From positions 8,742,001-8,806,000 of the forward strand of contig NC_134479.1 of the NCBI RefSeq assembly GCF_964194025.1: DNA of 64,000 nt, given 5' to 3'. The notes below the pieces were generated by a model that had not been told where the DNA came from, searched no databases, and worked only from the letters and a program-made list of their open reading frames with translations. Made by a program: the position numbers and the translations under genes. The DNA comes from Convolutriloba macropyga. Lineage: Eukaryota. Positions within the stretch are counted from its first letter, which is position 1; every line of letters starts with the position of its first letter. This document shows, piece by piece, positions 12,105-25,673 of the stretch.

Positions 12105-15100
12105 AAACAGCAAGGCGGTAACAGCAAAATAATTGTTTTTCGGGGATAGGTCTGGAGAAGGGGTGAGAAAGTATGTTGAGTTAACAAATTTCTTATCAAA
12201 CGGAAACGGATTTTCATTCAGTGTACAACTAGGATAAAATATGTGACGTATATGAAAAACTTCACCCGAAAAATGCTTTTTTTGTTTAATTTGAAATGTC
12301 TCCGAAGACACTTGCAGTTTGTAATTAATGAAAGTATACAGAAAAATTGTTTCCCCTTTGAACTTAAAAAAGCATAGATAACACCAACTTGAAAAAAATT
12401 TGATCCACATGAATCACAAAATATTGCACTAATCTTAGCAAAAAAATTCTTGCTAAACATTTTTAAAAACTTCCATTCCGAAAAAAAACATTAAACAATG
12501 TGTAAAAACAGAATCAACAAAAAACAACTCAAATTTTTAAAAAAGGTAGTGTCGAAAGACACTGTCAGTGCGTTAACGGAATCTACAAAGAAGAAAAAAC
12601 TGATATGATGTTTTATGCCCCACCGATAGGAATCAATTAAAGTTTTCATAGAAAAGCTTTGTTCAAGAGAATACCATATATAGAATAGGTATGTGATATC
12701 AAAAAAGACATTTCTATCCATAGATTTCATCAACGCATAGTACAAACAATCGATTATTCAGAAACAGTTTTGCAAAACGTATGCCGAATGTAATCTGTCT
12801 CGCTCCAAATCAGCGAAAAAAAACCACTTGAAACCAGCAATACTCTTGAAAACCATTGATTACTTCAAAAATGTATGTTTGCTTTGGAGACAGAAAAACG
12901 AAAAAATTTCGTTTATTTCTTCACAAACTGATCAATCGAACATTTAGGAAACTTTTTAAAAAATGAATTAGCAAGAAACCAAAGATCCGTTAGCGTCATC
13001 GGGGCAAAATGGTTGACTATTTATTGCAATTTGACGTAGAGCGAACTAAAAATCGACGGAAATGACAACTTTTGAAAAAAAATGTGTTTAGGAAGACGCG
13101 TTATTTTTTTGAAAGGAAGATTAGGCTTTTCAAAAGGCTAAGCTTCTAGAGTTTTAATCTCAGTAAAAAATTTTCGGATTTTTGTCGGCTTCCGCTTCAG
13201 AAAAAAAAGACAAATAGTTTGGGTTATCAGGGATTGCAATATCAATCATATGCTTTAAAAAATTTGACACAATAGATTTCCTAGTAATTGATAAGTTTTA
13301 CATGTTGAAATACTATTAGTAAGTGTGGTTTTCTTTCAAAGTCTTTGAAATGCAGAAGCAGTCAAATTTAAAAACATCTTTCGATATCTTGGGGAAAAAA
13401 GAGATCAGTGAGAAATCTTAAACGGTACAGGTTTTGACGATACACATATGCCAACTTAAACGGAGTGACCGCACAGTATTTAATGTTTTCTCCAGAAAAT
13501 TGGTCATCTTACCAGTTGATATCAGGAACACTGAGAAATATCAAGGGAAGAAAGCCACAAAAGGGTCAAAATACATGATCGTAGTCCAATAGAGAAAAAA
13601 CACGGTTTCAGACGTAAAATCTACTAGCAGAAAAGGAACCAAAATTTTATTGGGTTCAAAAACTCAGTGTGACTTTATAACACATTAACAAACTTTTTCA
13701 CAAAGCAATATACATTCAAATTATATGCCTGTGAGCTTTTAATGACCACAATGAGTTTTCCCGTGATAAACACAATGACTTTTCAGCCTTAAAGGCATTG
13801 AAAGAAAATGTACTGGGTAATATTGTTTTGCAGAGAACTCGAGAAAGAGGAAAATTTTCAACGTTTTTCTTAGCTGTAGTACCATTTGTTCAGGCGCTGT
13901 TTTGTGGTTAAAATGAGAGTTAAAAAAGCCCGAACAATTTTTTCGTGAGCGCCAAATGTCTTTTTTTCTTATGTTTCTTGAATGAATTAGTTTTGGGCTC
14001 CAAAAGTTTTTCCAAGAGATTAGGTAACCGTATTCGATTAAATAAAGCAATATTCAAACATGTCAAGGAAAAAAGGAATTTCACAAATTCAGAACAATAA
14101 TGTAATTTTGATTAAAAGATAAACAGCAAGGCGGTAACGCAAAAATAATTGTTTTTTTACGATAGGTCGGGCGAAGGGGTGAAAAAATTGTTGAGTTAAC
14201 GAATTTCTTATCAAACGAAAACGGATTTTTAGCCAGTGTATAACTAGGAAAAAATGTGACGTAACCAAAAAATACCCCAGAAAATTTCTTTGGTCCTTGG
14301 ACTCCCCATGGCCCGGTTTTTTATTTTAGTTAAAGTGCATTGGAAGATACCAACTTGACAAATGTTTAAAGTAATCTCAACGAGAAAAGCTCTCGCTTAA
14401 GCTTTTGAAAAACTTCCATTTTTCAGTCAGTGCTTTAACGGAACGTATAAAACAGAAAAAAATTTGTATGGTTTCTTATGCTCCACGGATAGGAATCAAT
14501 GGAAATTTTCAAAGAAAAGCTTTGCTCAAGAGAATAGAATGTATCGAATTGGTATATTATATAAAATTTGAAGTCATTTCTATCTACAGTAAAGCAATGC
14601 TATCTATAGAAGAAGATTTATAAATTCCGCTGAGTGAAAGCTAACCACAGACTTCATCAACGCAAAGTACAGCTCAATCATATATTCAGAAAAAGATTTG
14701 CAAGCATTTGACGAATGTATTTAATCTAGCTCCAAATCACCACAAAAAATATATCAAACCATTTTTTGTCTTTAAACCCATTTATTAATTGATGAAAAGT
14801 ATATCTGTTTTGTAACCAGAAAAACGAATTGGCATGAAACCAATGATCCGTTGGTGTGATCGGGACAGAATGGTTGACTATTATTTGTAATTTTATATAG
14901 AGCGAATAAAAATATTGACCAAATTGACGACTTGTTTTAAATCTATGTGTTTAGTAAGACGGGTAATTCTGTTGAAAGCAAGATTGTTGATTTTTATAAT
15001 GCTTAGCTTCTAGAACTTTGTTCTCATTAAAATTTTCCCCCAGTTTTCGACGGTTTCCTCCTCAGAAAATAAAAAAGACAATTTCTCATTTATATGCATT

Positions 15101-15770
15101 AAACATTTGACATCACAATAGATTTCATAGTAATTGATAAGTCTTACGTGCTGAAAGATCATTAGTAAGTGTAGTTTTTGTCAAATTCTTTGAATTGAGG
15201 AAGCAGTAAAATTAATCAACGTCTTTCGATATCTTGTGCAAAATAGATCAGAGGGATATCAAAAACGGCAGTCTTTGACGATACACATATGCCAACATAA
15301 ACGGAGTGACCACTCAGTATATAAAACTTTCTCCAGAAAGTTTACCAACTTACCAGTTGATATCAGGAAAACAGAGAAATAAGAAGGGACAAAAGACGCA
15401 CAAGGGTCAAATAAATCGACCGCAGTCTAAAAGAGAGAAAAGAAAACACGTTTAAGAAGGTATATCTACAAGCCGGAAAGTAACCAAAATATTATTTGGG
15501 TTAAAGACACAGTGTGAATTTATAATCAATTAACAAACTTTTTCACAAAGAAGTATATATTCAAGACATACGCGTGGGTGCCTTCAATGAGAGAAAAGAG
15601 TTTTTCGGGGATATTTATATTGATTTTTCACAATTTAGAGACCTTGAAAGAAAACGTACTGGGCAATATTGTTTTGTAGACAGCTCAAAGAGGAGAAATG
15701 TTTTCAAAGTTAGTTTTAGCGGAAGTAATGTTTGTTCGAGCAGTGTTTTGTGTTTAAAAAGAGAGTAAAT
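12105..15770. repeat. Old tandem duplication of a ~1.7-1.8-kb non-coding segment (copy A ~12105-13930, copy B ~14121-15770)
   Basis: Collinear shared blocks: AAACAGCAAGGCGGTAAC (12105/14121), TTTGACGATACACATATGCCAAC (13433/15274), TACCAGTTGATATCAGGAA (13510/15351). Confidence 0.85.
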
Positions 15771-17219
15771 AAAAACCCTTATATTAATTTGGCCCGTGAT
15801 GTTAATTTTTATCCCCTCTTTTCAAAACAATACTCGTTTTGAACTTTTAAACGCACTTTTAAAACAGGGTGAATGGAAATGTAACTTCGGTAAATTTTTC
15901 ATTGATATATGTAAATGGATTTCTTTTTGGAGAAATGTACACTTAATATTCAACTTTTGTAAACTTTTTTCTTGAACTTCTTTGTTGCTGAATCCTTTTT
16001 CTTTCTGGCGTTAATTCTTTGCAAATCAGATATTTTTTTCGGTTAGAAGTGTGATATTATTAATTGTTCTTATGTTTTGGGCAATGTCTTTCTATGATTT
16101 TTAACCTATGAACATAGTTTTCACTTTTTTACAGGAGGATAAGTGTTCAAATTTTTCATAATGAACTGTAATTGTTTGCATATTCGAATTTTCTATTTGA
16201 TTTTCTATTGTCAAATCTGTGAAGAAACTTTTTTTTCACTAGTTTTTTAAACATATGTCCGTAACTTCCACATTCTATAATTTAGAAACATTTTTTGTCG
16301 CAAATATTCAATTAGTAGTAGTTGAGTAGTTTAGTAGTTTACGTAGCAGATTGTAGAACTTCCCCCTTGGTTTATTTTCAAACTTGTTTGCAGTTGATTT
16401 CCCTTAACTTTATATTGTTCACAGAAAAACAAGTCGGAGTTGACAAAAAGAATTTCACTTATGCTCAACTCTGTTTCACTTGATTACCCTCATATTAAAT
16501 TTGGCGGCTGAGGCATGTCGCCATTCACTGAATACTGAAACCAAACTCTAACTCTGATTTGAAAAGGACATTTTAAGTAACATTTTGCATTATTAAACTT
16601 TGCGTCTAAGATTTAATAAGATCGCGGTAGTTTAACCACGTTTCATAATTAAAGAACAAAATTTTTTTAATTAGGTTTGAACACTCTCGTGACTAAATTG
16701 AGAAAACAAAAAACTTTTTTCCTGGAAATATTTGTCGCACAAAATTTAAATTTACATTTTGTGTCTTTTTTGTTACAAAAATTGCGGAGTTCATTTATTC
16801 ATAGGTAAATACATTAATTAGCGGAGGAAACAACCAAAAATTTTGTGATTCACTTCTACAAGTTTTGTACTTAAAAAGACTACAAATTTTGCTATAATAA
16901 ACGTTCATCAAGAAACACAATAAACAATATCAGCATTAACTGAGCTGTGCCTGCAGTTTTTAATGTTTTAAGGCGCTCGCTTAATCATTATAGCTTTATT
17001 TGTTAAAACGGTGTTGTGAAAACATCTGGAAGGTGGGTAAAACTAGGGCATGTGAAATAAAAAACAACATAGAGCGTACGTGAGGGTGTGAAAAACCAAA
17101 AAAAACATAACTAATGTTTGCCGCTGCTTGTTTACAAATAATCCAATTACCCAATTTGCATCATTGTTTTTACCCGTACAAAAATTAAAAAATACCAGGT
17201 CATTTCTTTTCAAACAAAC

Positions 17220-17484
17220 ATGAAATTCGCGGCAGAGTATGGTGCATTAATTACTTTATTAGCCTTATTTTCAACAGTAGTTTATAATAAAAACATTAAC
17301 AATCAGCAGCGAGCTATTTTGGACGGCTATGAGTCACCCGAGAGACCATTCTTTGTGCAAATTTATATTGAAAAAATTTATATTCCAGACATTAACAAAA
17401 CCGAAAAGTATATTTGTGGTGGAACAATTATCCACAAAGATTTTGTTGTCTCCGCAGCGCACTGTTTTGACCTACCTGGCCAGA
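17220..17484 (+). CDS. S1 serine protease gene 2, exon 1 (signal peptide and catalytic His)
   Basis: MKFAAEYGALITLLALFSTVV signal-like N-terminus; CGGTIIHKDFVVSAAHCF; GTAAGT donor at 17485, phase 1. Confidence 0.92.
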
Positions 17485-20012
17485 GTAAGTCTCTCACAAA
17501 AAAGAGGTAATTTAATTTTTGATCAGCCCAGATTGTAATATTAATGATACATTAGCTGCAGAAGAGACACAGGCTTAGAGAAAGTTCGGTTTTCTCAAAC
17601 TCATTTTGTCCCTTGTATTGTTTAAGACTGTAACCAGATCGTTCACGCAATAAATCATCTTCATTGCTGTCCCGCAAGACATTGTACCTGAGCTGAACGG
17701 TGTGAAAAAACTATCGAAACTTAATTTTTTGAGGTCAATGATTCGCTAGAATGATGGACCAAACAACTGATCAATTTAGAATGTTTTTACTAAAAAATGC
17801 AAGCAGTTTTTGAGAAGTTTGTTTGTGTTTAAGTTGTTAATGTGGTTTAGCTTCCGCTGAGATCTTATGGTTCTCTTACCCAGATTCAGGTCCTCGTTCA
17901 AAATCCGTGCCCATCCAGATCTTTTTTGCCCATAAAAATACCCAGGCAGACCAAAAACGGCCAGACTTTGCCTCGTTCAAATTATGAAAAGAGTTTACGA
18001 TATAGTTTTTGGCTCGCTCAAGTAATGAAAAGACTCTCCAGACTTTGCCATTTTTGTTTTATTGAAGAAAACAAATCTTCAAAAAAGCCCATGACAAAAG
18101 TCAAGACCAAAATTCTACGGAACAGGCATAAAATTCAACGGCGAAGAACTTTTGTAAAAAAGTACAAATTCTTGTTGTTTTAAAACGTCGGAATGACTTC
18201 GGGTTAATGCTTAGTGTTGTCATTTATGAGTTTTCCTGAGCACCGATTCCTTATGACTTTTTGTACTATTAGGCGCATGTTTCAATCAAATAATTATTTA
18301 AAATATGATTTGTGTGTCCGTGTACATTCATGTAGTTTACAATCAAAAGAAAACGAAGATTGTGTCCAGAAATATAGTTGAAACATGAATCATTAACGCT
18401 GATTAAGATTATCGAAAATTTATATCACAACCGATCAGTTTTTGTTAAAACTTGACCTTGAGAACGTTGTTTCTTGGTATAGCTATTTAGCTTTCCATTG
18501 CTGATGCATTCATTTACAAAACCTACCTTAAAGAAAATGAAGTAAAAGTAAAAGTAAAAAACTGTATTAATGAGTCCTAAGCAAATATAGAAAGATTTTA
18601 ACTCATATGATCTTATACGATCATAGTAACCACAGAAACCTGATATGAGATTCTTATTTTTCATTGCATGTTCATACTAAGAAACGTTTTAGGTCTTAGA
18701 ACGTTCCCCCAGGAAACTTTTTTCAAGCAGAAATTGTCAAGAACAAAATGAATATACAAAACCAACTCCAACAGTTCAAATTGTCTGTAAGTTACGCAAT
18801 TTTTTCAGCCATCATAAGCGCTTAACAATTTAATCTACGAACAATTTTTTCAGGGAGACACTAAATGTGGCTTATTTTGATACAAATTATTGTTTGATGT
18901 AGAAAATAATTGCGATCAATCGTTACAAAAAAATAGATTAACTCTTAAAAAAAACAATACGACAATTAGAATAACTCTTGAACAAAAATTCAAAATTCTT
19001 CTATGAACACTATCCGTATACACTCTTGTTTCAAAAACAAAAGCGAAAATCTCGTCTATCAATGAGTAGGAACACAATGTTATACTTGCAGTTATGAATG
19101 TCTTTAGGAATTAGTTCTTCTATGATTAATTTTGTATCTAATTTCGAAGGAGAAACACATAAACCCATCAAACCTTAAGGAGTCTTTAAAGGGAAACACA
19201 AAATAGTGAAAGCATACACAAAACGAAAATCGTTTAAATTTGAGAAATCAACGAGCTGTTTTTCAGTTTAATATGAGATATGATAGGTATGTAAATTTTG
19301 ATTTTTTCTCTTTTTTCAAGTTCTTATTAATTGCAAAAGAATTGCAACCAAAAAAATCCGAAGAGTTCAACCCAGCTGGAATAATTGATTCCTGAATAAC
19401 TGTGAATCCCCTCTTCCTTCTTTCTGCGATTTACCCCCCACCCCCATTTTTACACCGAAACGGCCATGTTTTTAAAATGCCAATCTAACGGTCTAGTGTT
19501 GTGAAAGAGCAAAGAATTAAGAAATGTAATTCTCGACTAATTTTTGGCATTTTCTCTTTTTTTCAGATATTGTTGGCTATCATTGTTTTTTGACGTTTTG
19601 CCAGTTTTAATGTAAGGAGATTGAATTTTTTCTCAGTTTTTGTGGATTCTGATAGCGCTTACAAATTAAACTGCGAAGAAAACAGCTGAAACTGACAAAA
19701 AAAATAAAGGCTTTCATTTTCACTGTAAAAAAACGACAGAAATGACGATTATTTGTTTATACGGAACAAAAAAATCTCATCACTTGTCATTACACTTACT
19801 TGAAACCATTTATAACGCCATCCGTGTCTCAGCAAGTAATCTTATAAGCTCTTTCGATAAAACCATAAGTGACCTAGGCTAGATTTTACAGAAACATGTC
19901 CCTTGCAGACCACTAGACAACGCGTATGGAGGTTTGGAAGATCCTGGATACAGATAACTAAAAAACTTTGCTCCAAATGTGTTTCATTGCATTTTTTTCT
20001 GTCTTTTTTCAG

Positions 20013-20337
20013 TGGTTACCAAAGTTTATGTCCTAATTGGAAGTTTCCTATCGGTGGCGGTGGATTCTTACCCAAATGAGGCTCACGGGAGACAGCATAG
20101 AGATTTTAACGTTTCCGCAATTGTGAACGACATTGCTGTTCTAAAATTGTTCAAACCGGTCCATGCAGGCCGAGTCTTGGCATTGTGCAGAAATGAAACA
20201 TACTTCCAGTACAATACCCTTGCAGCATCTGGTATGGGAATAGTAGACGAGAATTCTATGGCGGCAGTTTTACAAGAAGTTCTACTGGTTGAAACGAAGT
20301 ATATGTTTCCGTCTACTCTAGATAAATTTCTTTTAGT
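20013..20337 (+). CDS. S1 serine protease gene 2, exon 2 (catalytic Asp)
   Basis: Polypyrimidine tract and AG at 20011-12 (phase 1 matches exon 1); NDIAVLKL, LALC, ASGMG, LQEV. The 3' boundary is uncertain (GT at 20336 or 20338). Confidence 0.85.
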
Positions 20338-21953
20338 GTAGTTATAAGAAAACGAGATCTTGTAAGAGTTAGTTTTTCTTTTGAGATTTACGTACAACAG
20401 CGCAAAATTGGGTAATTTTATTACATGGTGCTCTGGTGGTGATCAAACTATCACTAATTCTCCTCAAAAAGGAGCACTGTTTTTAGCAGTTAGGACCAAA
20501 AACGGCATGCAAAACACATAGAGAGGTACCAACAAAGATATAGTGTTCCTTTAACTAAAAAAAGATTCCTTGTTTTTTTTCTATTTTTTTCTGAGGAATC
20601 AAGCGGTTCATTCCTTAAAATTAAATCACACAAACCAAAAAATCAAACACTAAAAACAAGCTAATAAAAAGTTTAAGACACAATAATAGTAGGCAAGTGG
20701 GATGTGATGTTTAATTTGACAATTTGACAGATGGAAGTTTCTTTTAATTTGATCAAAAAATCTCAAAAATGCATTGCGTCTTCGACTGCACCTACGACGT
20801 TGAAGAACATTGAAAATTCACTGCTGAAAACAGCCAAATTTTTTGAATATCTAACTGTCGTCAACAAGAGAAAAACAGTGTACCATTTTTTATGAAATTC
20901 ACAATTCTGCTAATTAGCTGTCGAAACGTCATCACGAATAAAAAAGAACGAATTAGAACTAAATACGGAAAATTTTTGCATTCTTATGGACACAATTTTT
21001 TTGTTTTCATTCATTTGACCATCTGGAATCGCTAGTCATAGCGAATTTTTTGTTCAAAGATATTCTAGCTCACTTTTCGTTATTGTTGGATGAAATTCTA
21101 GTTTCAGCTAATGACTTTTTGTCAGCGCCATCAGCTCACAGCTGTTAATACAGAAATTAAAAGAATGCAAACGCGCTAAATCTTTTTTGGAACTATTTTG
21201 ATAAGATTAGTAAATTTGAAAAAACATTGCTCTTTAAGTTTGGTTCACACTAGTTTGAACATTTTATTGAATAAAACAGTTAATTGGTTTTTTGTAGGTT
21301 AGAGTTAGGTCATTTCAAAATAAAGGTAAATAGCATAGTTTTAAGCCCCTCAAAATGCACCAGAAAATTTGGCTCATCATAGAACGGTCCTCTTTAAGCA
21401 ACAAAAAAGGGATATAATTCACTTCGACAAGTACCAGGCATTATTTGTTCTCCGTTGAAAGAAAGACGCATTATAGCATACTGGATTCTTGTTCAAACAT
21501 TTGATTAACCTCAATTTTCCACTTTTGTGACTGAATTCCCGAACTTACATTCTCATTTTGGAAAAGGAATATTTCAATCACCGTTATAAGGAAAAAAACA
21601 TTTTGAACTGTTAGCAAGGCTCTCTTTTTCTTTCACTGTTGTCTAATAAGTTAAATTTTTGTGTAACAAATGCAATTTTATGCAGCAGGATTGTCAAAAT
21701 TTTAGTTTTAGTTTTTCATGTTTAGGTTGGAAATCTCTGTCAATTTTTTTTATCACAAACGGGAAATTAAATTGCCTTGATTTTTATTTGAAAAAAGTTC
21801 AGTCATTTAATTACAATTTTGCTGGGATTTTTCAGTCACATTCTATGATTTGAGTAAGCGGGAATTTGTAATAACGACATACGTAGGGACATGTTTTTTT
21901 TACACAAAACCGCCCAAGTTACCTTTAACCAATAGGCGGATCACTTCAAGTGG

Positions 21954-22740
21954 TGTAACGGCTGCTCTCCTTGTGTTTCACAAAGAAAGTTTTACACCGC
22001 CCAGTTCGTTCTGAGTGGTTACAAAATCTGTCCGGATACTTCGTTTATGCAGTTCGCTTTTGTAACTGTATATCCGCTCTGCTGTACTTACCGTTGCATT
22101 AACTATTTTAGTTCGTAACTATTGGCTAATCTTAGTTTTTTCAACTATCAATTTGAACTGGATTGCTACAGATCACACAATACGGGATCTCTTTATGTAT
22201 ACCAGTTCAATTCGATAGAAAAAACAAATCAAAGACAAAGATATATGTCTAAGATCTGTTTGTGCAAAAGTATTTAAATTTAAACTTAGGTTGGCTTTTG
22301 CTGTTTGTACTCACAAGTTGAGAATACCAGAAGTTGGGGTTGTAACAGTTGAATTTCATCTCCAATAATTCGTTGATGCAAGACACAGTAACAGGATTTA
22401 CTGCTCAAGAATAATATTTTGAATACAAGACACAGTAACAATTTACTGCTCAGGAATATTTCTAGTTCAAGACACAGTAACACGTTATTTACTGCTCAAG
22501 ACAATTTGTTTTGCAATATTTTGCTGAGTTATACTTTCAGCCGTTTTCTGCGGCTACTACGTTGAGTTCTGTGTGTTGCTTTTGTTATTTCCCCCTTTTT
22601 CTCTTTTTTCTCACGTGACAAACTGTAACTAGAACTAGAACTATAACTATAACTATTAAATGACTAAGACAACAGAAAGTGTTTTGTTTCTATTTTCCCC
22701 GCCTATGCAAGCTTGTTATTCCTTAAGCTCAGCTCCAACA
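21954..22740 (-). repeat. 3' LTR of the BEL/Pao element
   Basis: Direct repeat of 28671-29457; I see only 2 substitutions. Confidence 0.96.
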
Positions 22741-25673
22741 TCGCCGGCCCTGTTTTCCTTCGTGAAAACATCATCGTCAGTTGGTAGTACTGGAGCGAGC
22801 TTCACTACGGGCCTCTTGTAGTATCCATCTTTTGTTCGGATTTTCGCTGATCGAATCACTCCGTCGGAACCTTCAAAGGTTTCGGTTATTCGACCCAGAT
22901 TGTAATATCCACGTTTGTCACTGTCTTCCACTAACCACACAAGATCACCCTGCTGAAGACTTCTGTCCGTTGTGGTCTGCCATTTCTTTCGACTATTCAA
23001 CGTTGGCAAGTATTCTTTACGGAATCTGTCCCAGATGAGGTCTGCGTAAGCTTGTGTTTGTCGGAAGAGCTTTCTATGATCAACAAATTGCTCTGCACCT
23101 GATAGATACGGTAAACAAAGGTTCTTGTTGCCAAGTAGGAAATGGTTTGGAGTAATAGCTTCTAAATCGGTAGCATCAGAACTGACTTGTGTCAGCGGTC
23201 TAGCATTCAGCGTCTGTTCAACAAGACACATCGTGGTTGACAGAACGTCCTCCGTGACTGATCGATTGCCCAGCACTGCGTACATTGCCTTCTTGCAACT
23301 CCTAACCAGTCTTTCCCACACTCCTCCAAAGTGTGGTGATGCAGGTGGGTTGAACTTCCATCTGATACCTTGTTGAATCAGATGTTCTTCAATTCGCACC
23401 TTGTTCCATGCTGCTATATACTCTGCCAGTTCTTTTTCAGCTCCAACGAAGTTTGTCCCGTTATCGCTAATCATTTTGACCGGTTTGCCTCTTCGAGCAA
23501 TGAATCGCATAATTGCGTTCAGACAACTATCAGTGTCTAGTCTTGGTACAATCTCTATATGTACCGCTCGTACAGTAAGGCATGTGAATAGACAGCACCA
23601 ACGCTTTTCGTTTCTTCGACCAATCTTTACTGTGAATGGTCCGAAATAGTCTACGCCCACATTCGAGAACACTGTTGATGCGACTAATCGTTCTTCAGGT
23701 AGATCTGCCATTACTGGTGCCTTTGTTTGGGCTCTTCCCTTTCGACATCGAAAGCATTTGTTTTTGATCGATCTCAAAGCATTTCGTATGCCTAGGATCC
23801 AGAATTTTTGCTGGACTATGTTTCTGACATGTTCAGTACCTTCGTGGTGATTATTCTTATGTTCATTTTGCAAGAATAATTCAACTACATGGTGCTTCCA
23901 ATGTAACAGTATTGGATGCTTCGTTTCGAAGGTCAATTGACTTTTACCTATTCTGCCTTGGGCACGAATAAGTCCTTGCTGGTCTATGAATGGTGAAAAC
24001 TGGAGGATTTTGCTGTTTTTTGGAACTTCCCTTTCAGCCTTGAGAGATTTCATCTCTTCAGTAAAGTGTTCTTGCTGCAGTAGTCTGAAGATGCTTGCTT
24101 GTGCATCCTCTCTTTCTTCAACACTTAGTGTTTTTGTTGCCGGTTTGTGTTTTTTGAATACCCGCTGTATGTATGCCATTGTATTTACTAGTCGATTGTA
24201 ATTGCTGAATCGTTCCCACTGAATCATCGGCTTCTTCTCTTCAACCTTTGCTGAGAAGACCATTTGGTCGTTTTGTTCGTCTGAAGCAAATGTTAAAGCC
24301 ACTTGTTCAGGCCATTCGTTCTCTCGCTGCTTCAACCAGGCCGGCCCAGTGAGCCATTCACTTCTCTTGAGTTCGTCAACATCGATCGCTCGTGTCCCGA
24401 TGTCAGCTGGATTGTTAATACCACTCACATGATTCCATTGTGAAACATTAGTTGTATCCAAAATCTCAGCTACTCTGTTTGCAACAAACACCTGTTGCTT
24501 ACGGTGGGAGCTGTGAATCCATTGCAGAACAGTAGTGGAGTCTGTCCAAAAGTTAGAACTGTGAATCTTCGATTCGTGTTCCTTCACTATCTGCTCTTTA
24601 AGTCTCACCGCCATCACTGCTGCTTGTAGTTCCAAGCGTGGTATGGAAAGGTGTCGCATAGGTGCGACTCTGCACTTTCCGATTACAAATGCTAAGTCTG
24701 CTGAGTATTCTTTGGGCTTTGAACGTAGGTATGCCACTGCGCACATTGTATCTTCAGATGCGTCGGCAAACACATGAAGTTCCCATTTGTCCTTGGCTGT
24801 GCTGAAGTATCTTCTATCAATGCTGGTTTCTGCTACTTCTGGAAGCTGTGCCTTCCACTTCAGAAACTCTTCTTCTTCGTTAGGTTCTACTGAGTTGTCC
24901 CAATGTTGTCCATTTTTGGTCCAGATGCTCTTCAGGAGTCGTCTCATATGGACACTGAATGGTGCAAACAGTCCAAGAGGATCAAACACTGAAGAAACTA
25001 GAGATAAGATCTTCCTTTGGGTGATTGGGGTCTCAACTTCTTTGCTTGTACCTCTACAAACCTGTAGACTATCATCGGTAATCGTCCACTGAAGCCCAAG
25101 CACTGATGACCCTTCCTGGCTGGGTTCTACTTCAACCTGCTTTGTTTTGCTGATTGATCTTAAGTCCTCTGGGATTGCGTTGGTTACCACGTTGCTGTTG
25201 GTGATCCACTTCTTCAGTTCAAATCCATGTTTTGAGAGAAGAGGTTGCAGTTGTTTGAAAACCTTGATTGCTTCTTCAGGTGTTTCGACTGACTTGATGA
25301 GATCGTCCATGTAGAAGTTGTTTTGGATTGTTTTTGCTGCAATTGGGAACTCGTCCTCGTTATCGATGGCTACTCGCTTCAGAGCGTAGTTGGCACATGT
25401 TGGTGAACTTTTTGCTCCAAAAACATGACGTTGATACTCGTATATTTGCACAGGTTCGTTCATTGTTGGTCGCCACAAAAATCTCAAGCAGCTTTTATCC
25501 CGTTCAGGAACTTGCACTTGCAGAAACATTGATTCAATATCTGCGGTTAGGGCAAATGGTCCTTCTCGAAATCTGAATATTGTTCCGATCAATCCGTGTA
25601 GTAGATCGGGTCCGGCTAACAACTTGTCATTTAGGCATATATCCTTGTATTTTTGCTGCAGCGTTGCAAACAC
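22716..25673 (-). CDS. pol: BEL/Pao pol: RT, RNase H, integrase, C-terminal DUF5641-like domain
   Basis: ADIESMFLQV, FGAKSSP, YMDDL (RT); LHVFADAS, IPRLEL (RNase H); H..H...CFRC, GVDYFGP, SDNGTNF, WERLV (integrase). The stop codon lies inside the 3' LTR. Confidence 0.95.
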   Translation of the reverse strand: MFATLQQKYKDICLNDKLLAGPDLLHGLIGTIFRFREGPFALTADIESMFLQVQVPERDKSCLRFLWRPTMNEPVQIYEYQRHVFGAKSSPTCANYALKRVAIDNEDEFPIAAKTIQNNFYMDDLIKSVETPEEAIKVFKQLQPLLSKHGFELKKWITNSNVVTNAIPEDLRSISKTKQVEVEPSQEGSSVLGLQWTITDDSLQVCRGTSKEVETPITQRKILSLVSSVFDPLGLFAPFSVHMRRLLKSIWTKNGQHWDNSVEPNEEEEFLKWKAQLPEVAETSIDRRYFSTAKDKWELHVFADASEDTMCAVAYLRSKPKEYSADLAFVIGKCRVAPMRHLSIPRLELQAAVMAVRLKEQIVKEHESKIHSSNFWTDSTTVLQWIHSSHRKQQVFVANRVAEILDTTNVSQWNHVSGINNPADIGTRAIDVDELKRSEWLTGPAWLKQRENEWPEQVALTFASDEQNDQMVFSAKVEEKKPMIQWERFSNYNRLVNTMAYIQRVFKKHKPATKTLSVEEREDAQASIFRLLQQEHFTEEMKSLKAEREVPKNSKILQFSPFIDQQGLIRAQGRIGKSQLTFETKHPILLHWKHHVVELFLQNEHKNNHHEGTEHVRNIVQQKFWILGIRNALRSIKNKCFRCRKGRAQTKAPVMADLPEERLVASTVFSNVGVDYFGPFTVKIGRRNEKRWCCLFTCLTVRAVHIEIVPRLDTDSCLNAIMRFIARRGKPVKMISDNGTNFVGAEKELAEYIAAWNKVRIEEHLIQQGIRWKFNPPASPHFGGVWERLVRSCKKAMYAVLGNRSVTEDVLSTTMCLVEQTLNARPLTQVSSDATDLEAITPNHFLLGNKNLCLPYLSGAEQFVDHRKLFRQTQAYADLIWDRFRKEYLPTLNSRKKWQTTTDRSLQQGDLVWLVEDSDKRGYYNLGRITETFEGSDGVIRSAKIRTKDGYYKRPVVKLAPVLPTDDDVFTKENRAGDVGAELKE
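22741..22761 (-). promoter_or_regulatory. Polypurine tract of the BEL/Pao element
   Basis: Minus-strand GAAGGAAAACAGGGCCGGCGA immediately precedes the TGT of the 3' LTR. Confidence 0.65.

Noticed and set aside
22286-22483. 65-aa hydrophobic ORF duplicated at 29003-29200 (env-like?)
   Set aside because: Lies within LTR subrepeats, has a non-ATG start, and shows no envelope features
25627-25673. Programmed gag-pol frameshift
   Set aside because: The break falls after the protease, at the start of RT, in a homopolymer. BEL/Pao elements are normally single-ORF, so an indel or sequencing error is more likely.
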